DNA from: Octopus sinensis
Lineage: Eukaryota
Length of the DNA: 64,000 nucleotides
Direction of reading: 5' to 3'
Assembly (NCBI RefSeq): GCF_006345805.1
Contig: NC_043015.1
Coordinates: forward strand, 4,278,001 to 4,342,000
The position numbers and the translations under genes were made by a program. Shown piece by piece: positions 50,991 to 64,000 of this stretch; within the stretch, counting starts at the first letter, position 1; each line of letters begins with the position of its first letter. The notes below the pieces were generated by a model. It ran no database searches. It had not been told where the DNA came from and worked only from the letters and a program-made list of their open reading frames with translations.

Positions 50991-53900
50991 GGTGTTGTAA
51001 ATGACGTGGGGGGGAAACTTGGTCCGCAATATCTATGTTAATTTATATTTATCTCCAGCTGAGATTATTAATCACCTCCGAAGCAAAATGTGTAAAATAT
51101 AAATTCGCCTGAACGTACAATATTCTTCATGATCATTGATCATCTTCCTCGGTCACAAGAGGCCAAGCATCTTACATACACACACACACACACAGACAAA
51201 CACACACACACACACACAGACAAACACACACACACACTCACAGACACAAGCACACTAACGCACACACACGCATAATCGATTGATGCTCGAGTCATTGTGA
51301 ATCTCCTCATTTCATTATACATTATTAGCTTTGAAATATTTGCCTCAATGCTAATTTTTTATCTTATTTGTGATAACGGATAAATTGTTTCTAGCCAAAA
51401 ACGGTGAGCAGCCATATTCAAGCCCAAACATATGTGATTAAGAAAAGAGCAAAAACATACCACTCCTTTATGAATACGACAACGGTAAGAAGATAAAGGT
51501 ATAGTAGGCACAAAATTTATTAAATTATCAGATCGTACACTAAAAATATTACCAGATAATCGCTATATAAAAACAGACCTATACAGAGAGTAAAAAAGAA
51601 TCAATACTAGTAAAACGTTGTTTTCAAAACGGTATATAAGAGTTACTTTATGTAGAGAAGTAAAGGTGTTTCCGCATATTCTTCGAGATAATGCTGGCTC
51701 CTTAAAGACACAAGAGAATAAAGAGAATGACGATAAACGCCTGATTATCACAAAAATACAAACGCTTGTGGAGGTTTTTTTGTCAATATGCGCAAGTGTA
51801 GAACTCGGGAAATTTTATCTGGTTGGATACTGAAAGGATTTGGCCACACAGATATAATGTTCTCAATCCGCCATGCTAAACCGTAAAACCCCCAAACAAC
51901 TAAACTATATTTCCGAACTTATTTATTTGGAAGATTTTATTGGATTAATTGGCAGTGAAAAAGATCTTTAATAAGTGTTTCAAAATGAAGTATAAATGCA
52001 AGCAATATAGGCATCTATTACAACAACATTCCTTGAGAAACACATTCTCCGTAGTTATACAGCAGGAAGTGTGTCAAGAATTCCATAAGTTTACAATTTA
52101 TATTTTCGGTCCAAGAGCGAAATCTACCATTCAGAAAATTACAATTGTTTTCCTTCTAATTATGATTTCTTGGTTGGAATTTAACAAAAAATTACGAGTT
52201 CTCTTTTTGGACTCTGATACAAGATGAATGCATAAAGTATCAGTACTACAGTGAACAAAGAAATTTTCTTCTCATAGAAGATTAAGCTGTCTCATTAATA
52301 AATATTCTGAAAATTGGGGGACAAAAAAGGTGCCGAGATCACTAACTTTGACCGGCTGAGAGGACATGAATAAAGTGAAACGGTGCTTTTTCAGAAAATC
52401 AATGCGCCGTAGTTCCAGGAATAAAAGTACCATCTTGTCCGTAATCTTATGAATATGAGTCCGATATCCTTAAAAAAAGTCACGCATGCCTACAACATAT
52501 TTATATATATGTATATATGTTTTCTCAGTCTGTCTGTATGCATGTATGCATATATATGTGGTTTGATAGATGTGTGTGTTGGCCTGTGTACGCATGTTTA
52601 TGTAATAAGCTGCCTTTGAAATCGATATAAATATATGGGCTTTATCAATTTGTAATCGAAAGTACTGATCTTTATATGGAATGTAACTAATTTTAGTATG
52701 CACTTTCCCATTAGTATGTGCTCTGCATTTATTATTAAACATGCTTCGAAACAAAATTATTATATTCACACTGATATAAACTCACAGGCATATTCATCCA
52801 ACACACACTTACATCTCACCTGCACATACATATACATACATTGTAAATGACTGCGAAGGAAAAACCGCTGTTGCAGAATACTCTTATTGCAGGAAAAAAG
52901 ATGCAATTCCTATTTGCTTCTCATTTATTAGTTATTATACGTATGTTACTGACTGCGCGCGCGTGTAGTCAGTTTATTTGTGGCTGTTGTGAGCTTGTGT
53001 ACTGACATATATCTTTATTGAATTAACGCACAAATATCAAAATATATAAGTAAGAGATAAACAAATAATACCTGAAGGCAGACAAGTAATCACATGGCGT
53101 TTCATAAGTTTTTCGCTGTTACATATGTTGAATCTGCATTTATGCCGACATGAATTATGCTACGGTTTGTCGCGTATTATTTATTCCTTCCTAAATGCTA
53201 ATTTGCATAACATTCATACATCCTCACGTGTGCATACATATGTTTGTACACATTCAGGTCTGCAAACGTGTTCGAACAACTGTGAAAATCTATATGCATG
53301 TCATTTTATAAATGTTCTACTAATTACCTCTCTAGTGAATTGAGGACATCTTTCCCTTGATCTACATTCACGTGGATCTATGTTTCTGCTAGCGGTTATG
53401 TGTTTTCACCTATAGATTACGTTTCTGTTTGTACGAGCATTTCTGAAGGTAAACACTTGCAAATTATCACGAGAATAACATTAACATTCAAATAGACATT
53501 TCTCCGGTGTATGATTAAAAGCATGCTAGTGTGAAATGCTATGGTAACTAGAAAGTGTACACATGCTCTCCTAATATATAAAGGCATATTTTTACATTGA
53601 TATCTTCACTAAAGTAAGCAGCAGCAAAACAGTTACAGCATGTTTTCTGATATTCTATACAATATTAATATTTATCATTAGAAAATATTAGAATCAGTAG
53701 TTGATTACGATATATTTTCTGTATTTATACCATAGCTGAACTTATACTATCAGCTCATAGTTCGAGGTGATGTATTCGGGGAATTATTAATATGCTGAAT
53801 CAATTTGCGTTGTGGTATCTCTTATGTTGCTTTACACACACACATTTCTTATGATTCGAATATCAAATTCGCTTTTCATATATACGACGACAATTAAATA

Positions 53901-54428
53901 TATTAGTAATTTGATGTAGTGGATTGGCGGAAAGTTTAGAGAATTAAGTACTAGTCGGGCAATGCTAGTGAACTTTATAATGTTGCGTGTTCGGATATTG
54001 GTCATGTCACCTTAGCACTCCGTCCTCCGCAGTCATTGCAGTATAATACTTTTTATCGCCGGCTCTCTGCGTTTGCACTTCATCTTCAATGTGATGGGAA
54101 AATTCTTGAGTAATTAGAACAAAGGAGATATGGCGCATATTGCTTCTGTTATACGTGATTTCGAATAGTGATTGTGACATGAAATATCTGTTAGATATTT
54201 AATACTAATATATTGAAACCGACATTTTGAGGAAACCAGAAAGAAATCGCAAATAAATTACTTCGTATATGAAATTTCTTAAAACAAAAGAATTGCTAGA
54301 ATAATATCCCAAAGCTCTGCTGCCGCTTAAACAGAAGACAGTTTTACCAACTTCGCTCTTTTAAATTAGAGTGGAGTTGCTGCTGTTGTTGCTATTTAAC
54401 TTCTGTTGCTATTTAAATTGCTGTTGAT

Positions 54429-54429
<1 letters not shown>

Positions 54430-54469
<40 letters not shown>

Positions 54470-54527
54470 TGTACAGCCGCAGTAGCAGTAGCAGCAGCAG
54501 TATTTTTGTTGTTATTATCATTATTAC

Positions 54528-54566
<39 letters not shown>

Positions 54567-54612
54567 GATCATCATCATCATTATTATCATTATCATTAGT
54601 AGCAGCAGCAGC

Positions 54613-54668
<56 letters not shown>

Positions 54669-54670
54669 CT
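54430..54670. repeat. (AGT)n/(ATT)n/(AGC)n repeats
   Basis: Direct inspection. Confidence 0.95.
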
Positions 54671-55709
54671 GTAGTTTACTTCGTCGTTGCCTATAATGCA
54701 ATTTAATTTTTTTTAAAGTATCATTCACTTGATGCTGTATTAGATTTAGCACACCATCACCTGTCATTAACATTACAAAATTCCCATATCTGTGAGGGGA
54801 CTGAATAACATTGAAGATCACGTAATAACTTACGTATGCTAATATACATCGTGACAAAATGCCAACCGATTTCAAATATGAAGACATGGATTGAAGAATT
54901 TGGAAGTGATGTGGGAAACAAAACAAAAAGAAGAAAAATAGTATTATAAGAGTCACTTGCTCCACAAATTGAATATATGAAGAGATCAAATAACACGTTC
55001 TTCCGTATAATGTAGCATATTCTGACGTAGCAACCGGGATAATAAAAGCAAAATTGTGTAATACTGTACTGATTATCGCTAAAAATTCTACTAGTAGTTT
55101 ACATAAGATTACCTCACGTATATTTGAGATAGTATGGATGTTATGCACACACATGCCTTAGATCCTAAAAGTAAATTATGCATAGAGCGAGCTAGAACTA
55201 TTTCGTGATGAACATTTAAAGACTGTCTGTCCTTCATACGAACACAAAAATGGTTCCCAAATTTCGTAATACAAACTAAATCTCGGAAGATGCAAACTAT
55301 ACACACTACCTAAGGATTTTACCTTGCGGAATAAGAGGTGTGCCACAAATTTCCCTAATTATAGGGTCTCTGACACACGACTTCGGACTATGTCTTTCAA
55401 ATAACATTGTAGGTTACTGTCGTAACTGGACAATTAGGATCGCACGCCCAATACGTAAAACGAGAACGAGAGTACAACATCATTTTTTCGGGAAAATTAG
55501 CTGTAGTTTACAGATAGAAAGGATCTCTGTAAGTGTGGATCTATAATGTTCTTACATATAGGAACATACGTGTATCTTGGCCTCAATTGCGGTGACTGGA
55601 CATACCCATGGTGCAGGGTCAACAATTCTCAATAATCTCTTTTCTTGCTAATGATCCAGTTCATATTTTGTTTTCTTTCTTGATTCTGTATGTTTTCTTT
55701 TTATTGTTT

Positions 55710-55850
55710 TAGTAATCAGTCTGCGACCATACAGAGATACTGCCTTGACGAATTACATTACAGGGAATAGGCATCAGTACACTTTTTAAAGTTTGGATCT
55801 TACCCTAGCGATCTCTTCTGCCAAATGTTAGATTACGGGACTTAAACAGA
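55710..55850 (-). mobile_element. degenerate SINE group C 3' portion
   Basis: Loose similarity to 22925-23065 (CTGCGACCAT..ATCTCTTCTGCC..TTACGGGAC.TAAACA). Confidence 0.4.
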
Positions 55851-56739
55851 TAATAGTGAAATCACTATTTCTTTATGACTTTCAATTACGTCGTTTGTCA
55901 TGCAACACATTACCTTGTATATCTTCCTTCTGTGTTCTTCCCTGGAAGCCTCGCTCAATCTCTATCCTTCACAAAAGAAAATTGAAAATCATGTTCCTTT
56001 CGACTTTCTTTGCTCATTCAAATATTAGGTCTAGTCATTATTTGAAGATAAATTCCACTATCTCGCTCAGTATGGAACGCAGGAATTTCATCCACTTGAC
56101 TAAAACGATTATATATTCATATAAGGTATTCGTGTATACCTTCATAGAAGTGAATGTGTCAACTTCAGTGCAGGAGCTTGTGATTATATGCAAAATAATA
56201 TTGATATATGTGTTTTTCAAATACATATTCTTCCTTGAGAGCTACAGTTAATGCATATCTACTAACTGATGTCAACTGGATATCAACATCTTTGCGTCTG
56301 TGTGAGTGTGTTAAATTATAAGGTACAAAAAGAAAATAACTCTCCTCAGATAAAATAGAATATGCTTCAACACACGAACTCGCATAAAGAATCTTGCAAA
56401 CGAAATGACGAAATGAAATAGACAGTGAAGTGTTTTAGAGCATCTGACAAGCAAACTTGCGGTATATGATGCATTTAATACACATTTCTTCCTAAAACGG
56501 CTCTCGCCCGAAGGTATCTCTTCCCCACCATCGATCATTCATTCTATATAATTCATAGCTACTATTCTCTCAACTATTTCTTTCATTTGAAGTAAAATAA
56601 TCCTGTATTCAGTCTTTTGTGTTTATGTTATTTCTTTGACTTCGAGCGTTAATATTGTTAAAGTTATGAAAACAATTATTTTCGTTAAGCCAAACAAGTT
56701 GTAGATTACGTTGAACATAATCTATATATAGATATATAT

Positions 56740-57656
56740 ATTGATAGACATATATGTATATATATATATTCATACATACATATATATCTATGTATTGATA
56801 GATACATATGTATATATATTCATACATACATATATATCTATGTATTGATAGATACATATGTATATATATTCATACATACATATATATCTATGTATTGATA
56901 GATACATATGTATATATATTCATACATACATATATATCTATGTATTGATAGATACATATGTATATATTCATACATACATATATATCTATGTATTGATAGA
57001 TACATATGTATAATATTCATACATACATATATATCTATGTATTGATAGATACATATGTATATATATTCATACATACATATATATATATATTCATACATAC
57101 ATATATATATATATTCATACATACATATATATATATATATATATTCATACATACATATATATATATATTCATACATACATATATATATATATATTCATAC
57201 ATACATATATATATATATATTCATACATACATATATATTATATATATATTCATACATACATATATATATATAATATATTCATACATACATATATATATAT
57301 ATATTCATACATACATATATATATATATATTCATACATACATATATATATATATATTATATATTCATACATACATATATATATATATTCATACATACATA
57401 TATATATATATTCATACATACATATATATATATATTCATACATATATATTATATATATATATTCATACATACATATATATATATATATATTCATACATAC
57501 ATATATATATATATTCATACATACATATATATATATTCATACATACATATATATATATTCATACATATATATATATATATTCATACATACATATATATAT
57601 ATATTCATACATACATATATATTATATATATATTCATACATACATATATATATATT

Positions 57657-57670
<14 letters not shown>
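56740..57670. repeat. 50-bp minisatellite (~6 units) grading into a variable ~20-30 bp TTCATACATACA(TA)n array
   Basis: Unit TGTATTGATAGATACATATGTATATATATTCATACATACATATATATCTA repeats over 56740-57065. Confidence 0.92.
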
Positions 57671-57697
<27 letters not shown>

Positions 57698-57744
57698 GCA
57701 TATTTCTGTATGTGTCTGTCTCTGTATTTATGATGTATGTATGT

Positions 57745-57782
<38 letters not shown>

Positions 57783-58361
57783 TTGTATGATTTGGGTAAA
57801 AAGAGAAAGTTAAGAAATGTTATATTAAATTGGATATCGAATTATATATTTCATCGAGGTTAATCTCCTATGTCCACCATGACTGTTTTGACCATTATAT
57901 ATATATATATATATATACACATATATATACAAATATATATATATGTATATATATATATACATATATATACAAATATATATATGTATATATATATATTCAT
58001 ATATATATATGTATTTATATTTTATGCACATCTATTTATCAATCTATCGGTCAATATATCTATCGATCTATCTAACATTACATCTATCATTATAATATAT
58101 TCGTTACAAGCGACGGGAGCAGTATTAGTTCAAATACACATCGTGAAGATACTGTAGAAATATCGCAGTATTCCTATTGAAATAGCATTTCGCAAAGAAG
58201 CGTGATGCTAGAAACACGAAGAGTGTCCACTATAGCTTTGAAATTGCCAAATGTTTTCTACGGCTTTTAGTATTATCAGAAGCAAGTAACCACTAGTATC
58301 CACGAAGTGTAACTAATTTTACATCTTCTAATACAGAAGAAAAGAAAACAACAAATATTCT

Positions 58362-58543
58362 TTGCTACTTGGTCTAGACGATTTGGTCGAACACAGTACG
58401 AAAATGGTACTTAATTTATCGACACCGAAAGGATGAAAGGCAAAGTTGACCTCGGCGGAATTTGAAAGCTGAACGTAGTGACGGACAAAATGCCGCTAAG
58501 CACTATGTCCGGCGTGCTAATGTTTCTGCCATCTTTCGGCCTT
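58362..58543 (-). mobile_element. SINE group B
   Basis: GGTACTTAATTTATCGAC..GAAAGGATGAAAGGCAAAGTTGACCTCGGCGGAATTTGAA. Confidence 0.85.
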
Positions 58544-59071
58544 AAAGCAACAAATATTAACAAATTCTTGCTGCTGCATATAGCAAGAAAGTTGTGTAAA
58601 TTTCATTATTAGCGATGAAAGCAGTATTAATACTATTTGACATTCTCAATAAATTCTAAAATCGGAAAACCGCATTCTTCGTCTCGGGAAAGCATTTCAT
58701 AGACATTTAACCGTGGAACCGAAGGTTCGTTGTGATGCTGGTCCAAGTGAATTGGAAGGGGGCGAAAACTTTTAATGGACGATTTTGATATCTTCTAGAA
58801 ATATTGGACGGGTGATCTAACTCCAATAAATATGAAGAACTTCTATGTCAGGTAAAAAAGGGATATTTGCCCGGTGAGTTCACATATCCCTCCAAAATTA
58901 CCTGTCACAATAGGTAGAAAAATATTTTTAAAAAAAGATAAAAGATACACGCAACTATATTCTTACAATACCTAGATATAAACCTGCTGCGTTCATGACA
59001 TCTACACGGTGCACCCTCACATAAACATGCATAAGAATATGCATATAAACACACACAAACATATATGTAAG

Positions 59072-59141
<70 letters not shown>

Positions 59142-59197
59142 AGATTTATATATATACATATGTAAGATGAAAAGTACACATTCTCTTATATATACGT

Positions 59198-59241
<44 letters not shown>

Positions 59242-59289
59242 CTCACGCATTTTTTACGTTTAGTATCAGCCCTTAGCTGCAAATTCACT

Positions 59290-59605
59290 AAGCCTCCACC
59301 TATTTGTGGTATTCGGTGAATGTTTGAGGAGGTTTGATTTTACGGCTCTCGGGTGTTTTTCCTGTCTAGATTTACGTTCTACCGGAATTCTTGACAAAAG
59401 GAGACCTAGTTCTTTATTGGAAACACTTTCATCTACCATATGCAGCTCTCTCAGTCTTTGTGGGAGTATATTGAACAGCTGTGGCTCCCTGAAATCCAAG
59501 GTGTTGCAGTATCAACAGCTGTATCGTGATGGCCATGTTAGGAAATTTGCTAAGTTGATGTGGCGCTCCATCCTCTTGCTTCAGTAAATGTCAATGCCAC
59601 AACCG
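59290..59605 (-). mobile_element. CR1/L2-like LINE ORF2 3' fragment
   Basis: [43 protein letters not shown] matches the typical ORF2 end (GPxLFNxLPxxLR..FKxxLDxFL..PD). Confidence 0.7.
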
Positions 59606-59637
59606 TATGCACACACGCACACATAGACACACACACT

Positions 59638-59669
<32 letters not shown>

Positions 59670-60542
59670 AATAAAATAGGGTAACAATAAATTATTATTT
59701 ATCAGTGGCCTAGCACAAAAAACGAATTAGTCATTAGACTATATATTATTCATATAGAAATACAATAAGAGGCTTCCAAATACACATATATACGTGTGTA
59801 TATGTATATTTATATATACACATATATACCTATATATATCAACATACACACATATACACACACATACGCACACACACAAATATTAGGTTGCGCATGCAGA
59901 ATGTGTGTCTCTGTTTCAAAGTCGGAATAATATTCAGATGACAACACAATTTTTTTCATCATTAACTCGGTATATATGAATCTTTTCGATTTCATATTAC
60001 ACAGTTAACGGTTACAAGTTTATATCAAATATATACATTTTAGCGTTCGCTCATATACACATTATTCACATAAACACTACCCTTATTCCTTTAAAACATA
60101 TCATTCTAAAAGCTTTATGCGTGAATTCCCTTTCTGATGAATTTACCTATAGCTTTAGCACATTATGTAACATCAGAATTCATTCCGGTTACTCTAGTGG
60201 GATAATTCATATTACATGTGGAAGTTAACTCAAAGATAATTATATTAATACTACATTGGTATATCCCTGGTGGATACGTAATATAATTACAGTTAATGTA
60301 TTGTGACTATTAATCTACGACAACACTTGTAGAAAATTAATCTGGAAATGAAAAAGCACTATAATACAAAACATCATAAGAAACTATATGTATATGTATA
60401 AGTATATGCATATGTAAATATATATATATATATATATTTATTTATTTATATTTATATTTGTCTCTCTCACTCTCTCTCTATATATACACACTCACACACA
60501 TACACACATATATACATAGAGATAGAGAGAGAGATTTACAGA

Positions 60543-60626
<84 letters not shown>

Positions 60627-60869
60627 GGTGTGTGCACTTGTGTATAAGTGTACAGATATGCACACACACAAGCGCGTGCATCAGTATATTTGCACATATT
60701 TCAGTCTATAAAGATAAATATATCATAAATGTGAGAATGAAATGCCGATCGATGATATTTCAGGATACATCGAAGCCTGAATGTTTTTTTAAGGATTGTT
60801 TTATCTTCATAGTTTCTGATTTAGTGATATCTGATAATTCAAGTTTTGTTTAGGAGAATCAAATAATCC

Positions 60870-61068
60870 TAATGATAATGGCAACAACAACAACAAGAAC
60901 TGCAATAATAATAATACTAATAATGCTAATAATAAAATGATAATGATAATAATAATATTTATAATGATAATAATAATAATGGTAATAATAATAACGATGA
61001 TAATGATAACAAAAGTTACAACATCAACAACAGCAACAACAACAATAATAGCATTAATAATAATAATG

Positions 61069-61105
<37 letters not shown>

Positions 61106-61151
61106 TAATAATAATAATAAAAATAACAATAATAATAATAATAATAATAAC

Positions 61152-61188
<37 letters not shown>

Positions 61189-61262
61189 GTAATAATAATA
61201 ACAATAATAATAATAATAATAACAATAATAATAATAATAGTAATAATAATAATAATAATAAT

Positions 61263-61317
<55 letters not shown>

Positions 61318-61370
61318 TAATAATAATAATAATAAAAATAATAATAATAATAATAAAAATAATAATAAAT
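60870..61370. repeat. (AAT)n repeat, ~500 bp
   Basis: Direct inspection. Confidence 0.97.
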
Positions 61371-61923
61371 GCCCTGATGCAGTACCAGGCAGTGGCTCTC
61401 ATGGCTTCTGATCTTAACTGATTGGAAGTGTTATCATGTACATTGTTTTGTCTTGGTATAAAAGATGGGCTACAACAAATATTCTGCTCAATACCACAGA
61501 TTTGCTTGTCAGTTGTTTGACCTTAACCAGTTGAGCATGTCCCTTAGTGGCTGACGATATGTGCATCTTTGATCAAGAGCAGAAGTAGTGGGGGAGCATC
61601 ATAGCCGTGTGTTGAGAGGGATACTTTTGGGTTTGAATAATTAACCCCTGGAAACATGTGTGTTTCGTTGAACATCCTTAAAATACCCTTATTCAGGGAA
61701 CTTTCGAATGGGATGTACTACTCGACCTGAAGAAAATTCTAACTGGGCCCCACCTGCAAGGGCATGCGCTGTTTACCTTGATATGAGATCACCATGTCGC
61801 GCACACATGGTTGTGATGCATGTGCCTGTGTACCCCTATCAGACGGGTAGTCATGATGGGTATATTGGTCTTTGTATATTTTACCCCAGTGTCACTTTGA
61901 TGGCATGAACTGCTCTCTCACTC
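61371..61923 (+). mobile_element. non-coding interspersed element embedded in (AAT)n
   Basis: GC-richer 550 bp with (AAT)n on both sides; second partial copy at 11923-12029. Confidence 0.75.
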
Positions 61924-62021
61924 AATAATAATAATAATAATAATAATATATTTATAATAACAACAACAATATTAACAATAATAATAACAACAACACCAAC
62001 AACAATAACAATAATAATGAT

Positions 62022-62222
62022 AGTCTTTTCTAATCTAGGCATAATACCCGAAATTTAGGGTAAGGGGGCCAGTTTGATTTGATCGACCCCAATACTTAAT
62101 TTATCGATGTGGAAAGTATGAAATACAAAGTCGACCTCGGTGGAAATTGAACAGTGAATGTAAAGACAAACGAAATGCCACTAAGTATTTCACCCGGCAA
62201 GCTAACGTTTCTGCAAGCACGC
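62022..62222 (-). mobile_element. SINE group B within AAT repeats
   Basis: ATCGACCCCAATACTTAATTTATCGA..AAAGTCGACCTCGGTGGAA..GCTAACGTTTCTGC. Confidence 0.8.
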
Positions 62223-62259
62223 ATCCTTATAATGATAAGAAATGATGATTATGATGATA

Positions 62260-62316
<57 letters not shown>

Positions 62317-62467
62317 CAAATAATAATAATAATAAGAATAAGAATGTTGATGATGATGATGATGACGACGACGACGATGACGATGACGATGATGATGATG
62401 GTGGGGAGGATTATGATGATGGTGGTGGTGATGATGATGTTGATGATGATGATGATGTTGATGATTA

Positions 62468-63030
62468 TGATAACACAGCTGAGAGCGACAGATGCAGAAT
62501 GTGTTGTGAGAGGCGTAAAACGGCGTGGCACATTCTTAATGAACGCCCGAAATTGGCACACTGCGTGACATGATAATGTGGCAAGGATGATCCATAAGAA
62601 GCTCTGTGGAAATCACGGCCTTCAAAGAGCAAAGATAGGGTACGACAAAATCCCAGCATTTACTGATAATGAAGACTGCGAAATAATGTGAGATACAATG
62701 TTCCAGTGTGACCATCAGATCCCACACTAGAGACCTCTATTGTTTTGGTGAACGCAAAAGAAAACAGGCTGCTTTTTAATCGACACAGCATGTCCCGCTG
62801 ACAACAGGAGCAAAAAGGAAAACGAAAAGAAAGTGTGCAACTATGACGATTTGAAGTCAGAAATAGGCTGGTTGTAGCCAATGTAGCGAGTGGACGTGAT
62901 AACAATAGTAATTAGAACGCTTGGAATTATGAGAAATCCAGATGCAACGTGGCTGAAAATGATTGGTGCAAATGTAATTATAGAACACCTACCAATATCC
63001 GCAGGGACTTTGAAGAATGATCGCATTAAA
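62468..63030 (+). mobile_element. R4/Dong-like non-LTR retrotransposon fragment (zinc knuckle + restriction-like endonuclease), pseudogenised
   Basis: Across frameshifts: SDRCRMCCERRKTAWHILNE..*HDNVARMIHKKLC..CEIM*D..QCDHQIPH*RP-IVLVN..LIDTACPADNR..EKKVCNYDDLKSEI..IVIRTLG, i.e. CCHC, RHD, PD and D/ExK motifs. Confidence 0.85.
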
Positions 63031-63141
63031 TATGAATAATATCGCGCAGGTACTGAGGTGGTAGCATTAGGTTTAAATATTCGGAATCAAAATGGAAATA
63101 CGATGCAGTTAGTTTTCATACAAGACAACTCCCTGGTATAC

Positions 63142-63369
63142 AGCTGGCAGAAACGTTAGCACGCCGGGCGAAATGCTTAGCTGTATTTCGTCTGCGTTAC
63201 GTTGTGAGTTCAAATTCCGCTGAGGTCGACTTTGCCTTTCATCCTTTCGGGGTCGATAAATTAAGTACCAGTTACGCACTGGGGTCGATGTAATCGACTT
63301 AATACCTATGTCTGTCCTTGTTTGTCCCTTCTATGTTTAGCCCCTTGTGGGTAATAAAGAAATAGGTAT
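63142..63369 (+). mobile_element. SINE group B, young near-full-length copy
   Basis: AGCTGGCAGAAACGTTAGCACGCCGGGCG..GAGTTCAAATTCC..AAAGAAATAGGTA; GGTATAC at 63135-63141 and 63365-63371. Confidence 0.92.
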
Positions 63370-63890
63370 ACGCTGAGAGTGATTTCTAAGTGATCCGATA
63401 ACATTTCTCATAAAAGTAAAGGCACCACAGAAAGATGCCTCATACACTACCCGGATTACGAGTATGAAACAAAAGCGTATACCTAAAATTTAGAGTACGA
63501 AAATATATCAGACATGCCGTGTGACGTTTGTTTATATGTAAAACTAAAATAGTGTTTAATAGTAGACACATTAGACAACTTCACTGATACCCAGCATGTA
63601 GACTCTAAGTAACTATTCTACACTATTTCCATTGTTACACTAATAAAGCTGTAGTAAACAAAGGCAAAATCAAGAAAAAACATCATTCCGTGATTTTTTC
63701 TGCATAACATTTACTGCCCATAAAACATTGCTTCGCTTCATAAACTGTATATGTAAAGTATTTTTTTTCATGCTAATGATTTAGTAAATGGAATGAAATA
63801 ATAATATACAAAACTATTAGTGTGCCAACATTAAGAATATCGTAATAATTTAACAGCTGAAACTTCTCATTTCAATTTTAAAATTCTTAC

Positions 63891-64000
63891 GTAGCTGTGT
63901 GGTAAGAAGGTTGCTTCTCAACCACATGATTTCGGTTTTAGTTCCACCTTTGGAATGACATCTTGTGCATGTGTCTTCTACTATAGACTTGGGCAAACCA
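63891..64000 (+). mobile_element. SINE group C 5' part (cut by window end)
   Basis: GTAGCTGTGTGGTAAGAAGGTTGCTTC..AACCACATG..GTGTCTTCTACTATAG. Confidence 0.75.

Noticed and set aside
56740-57670. Regular repeats with variable spacers (CRISPR-like)
   Set aside because: Spacers are only (TA)n length variants; eukaryotic context with no cas genes.

Overview
AT-rich eukaryotic intronic/intergenic DNA, densely filled with microsatellites ((TA)n, (CA)n, (GATA)n, (ATT)n, (TTC)n) and transposon relics. The SINE families and microsatellite profile match my recollection of octopus (coleoid cephalopod) genomes; this is an inference, not a search result. I found no intact, recognisable host protein-coding gene, rRNA, true tRNA or CRISPR array, and most track ORFs are microsatellite or SINE translations. 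Supported elements: five mariner relics (two spanning TIR to TIR), one Tc1 relic, RTE, CR1/L2-like and R4/Dong-like LINE fragments, three tRNA-derived SINE groups (about 20 copies), a complete non-autonomous Helitron, a ~600 bp foldback element and several local tandem duplications. Best leads: (i) minimal hammerhead-ribozyme-like motifs in short non-coding elements, best at 35128-35181 (-); (ii) a CpG-rich, palindrome-dense cassette with TATA/structured RNA/oligo-T geometry at ~49150-49280; (iii) an (AAT)n-embedded non-coding element beside an R4/Dong endonuclease fragment; (iv) body/tail swapping among SINEs; (v) a candidate exon pair at 8878-9263. None is demonstrated to be a new system.
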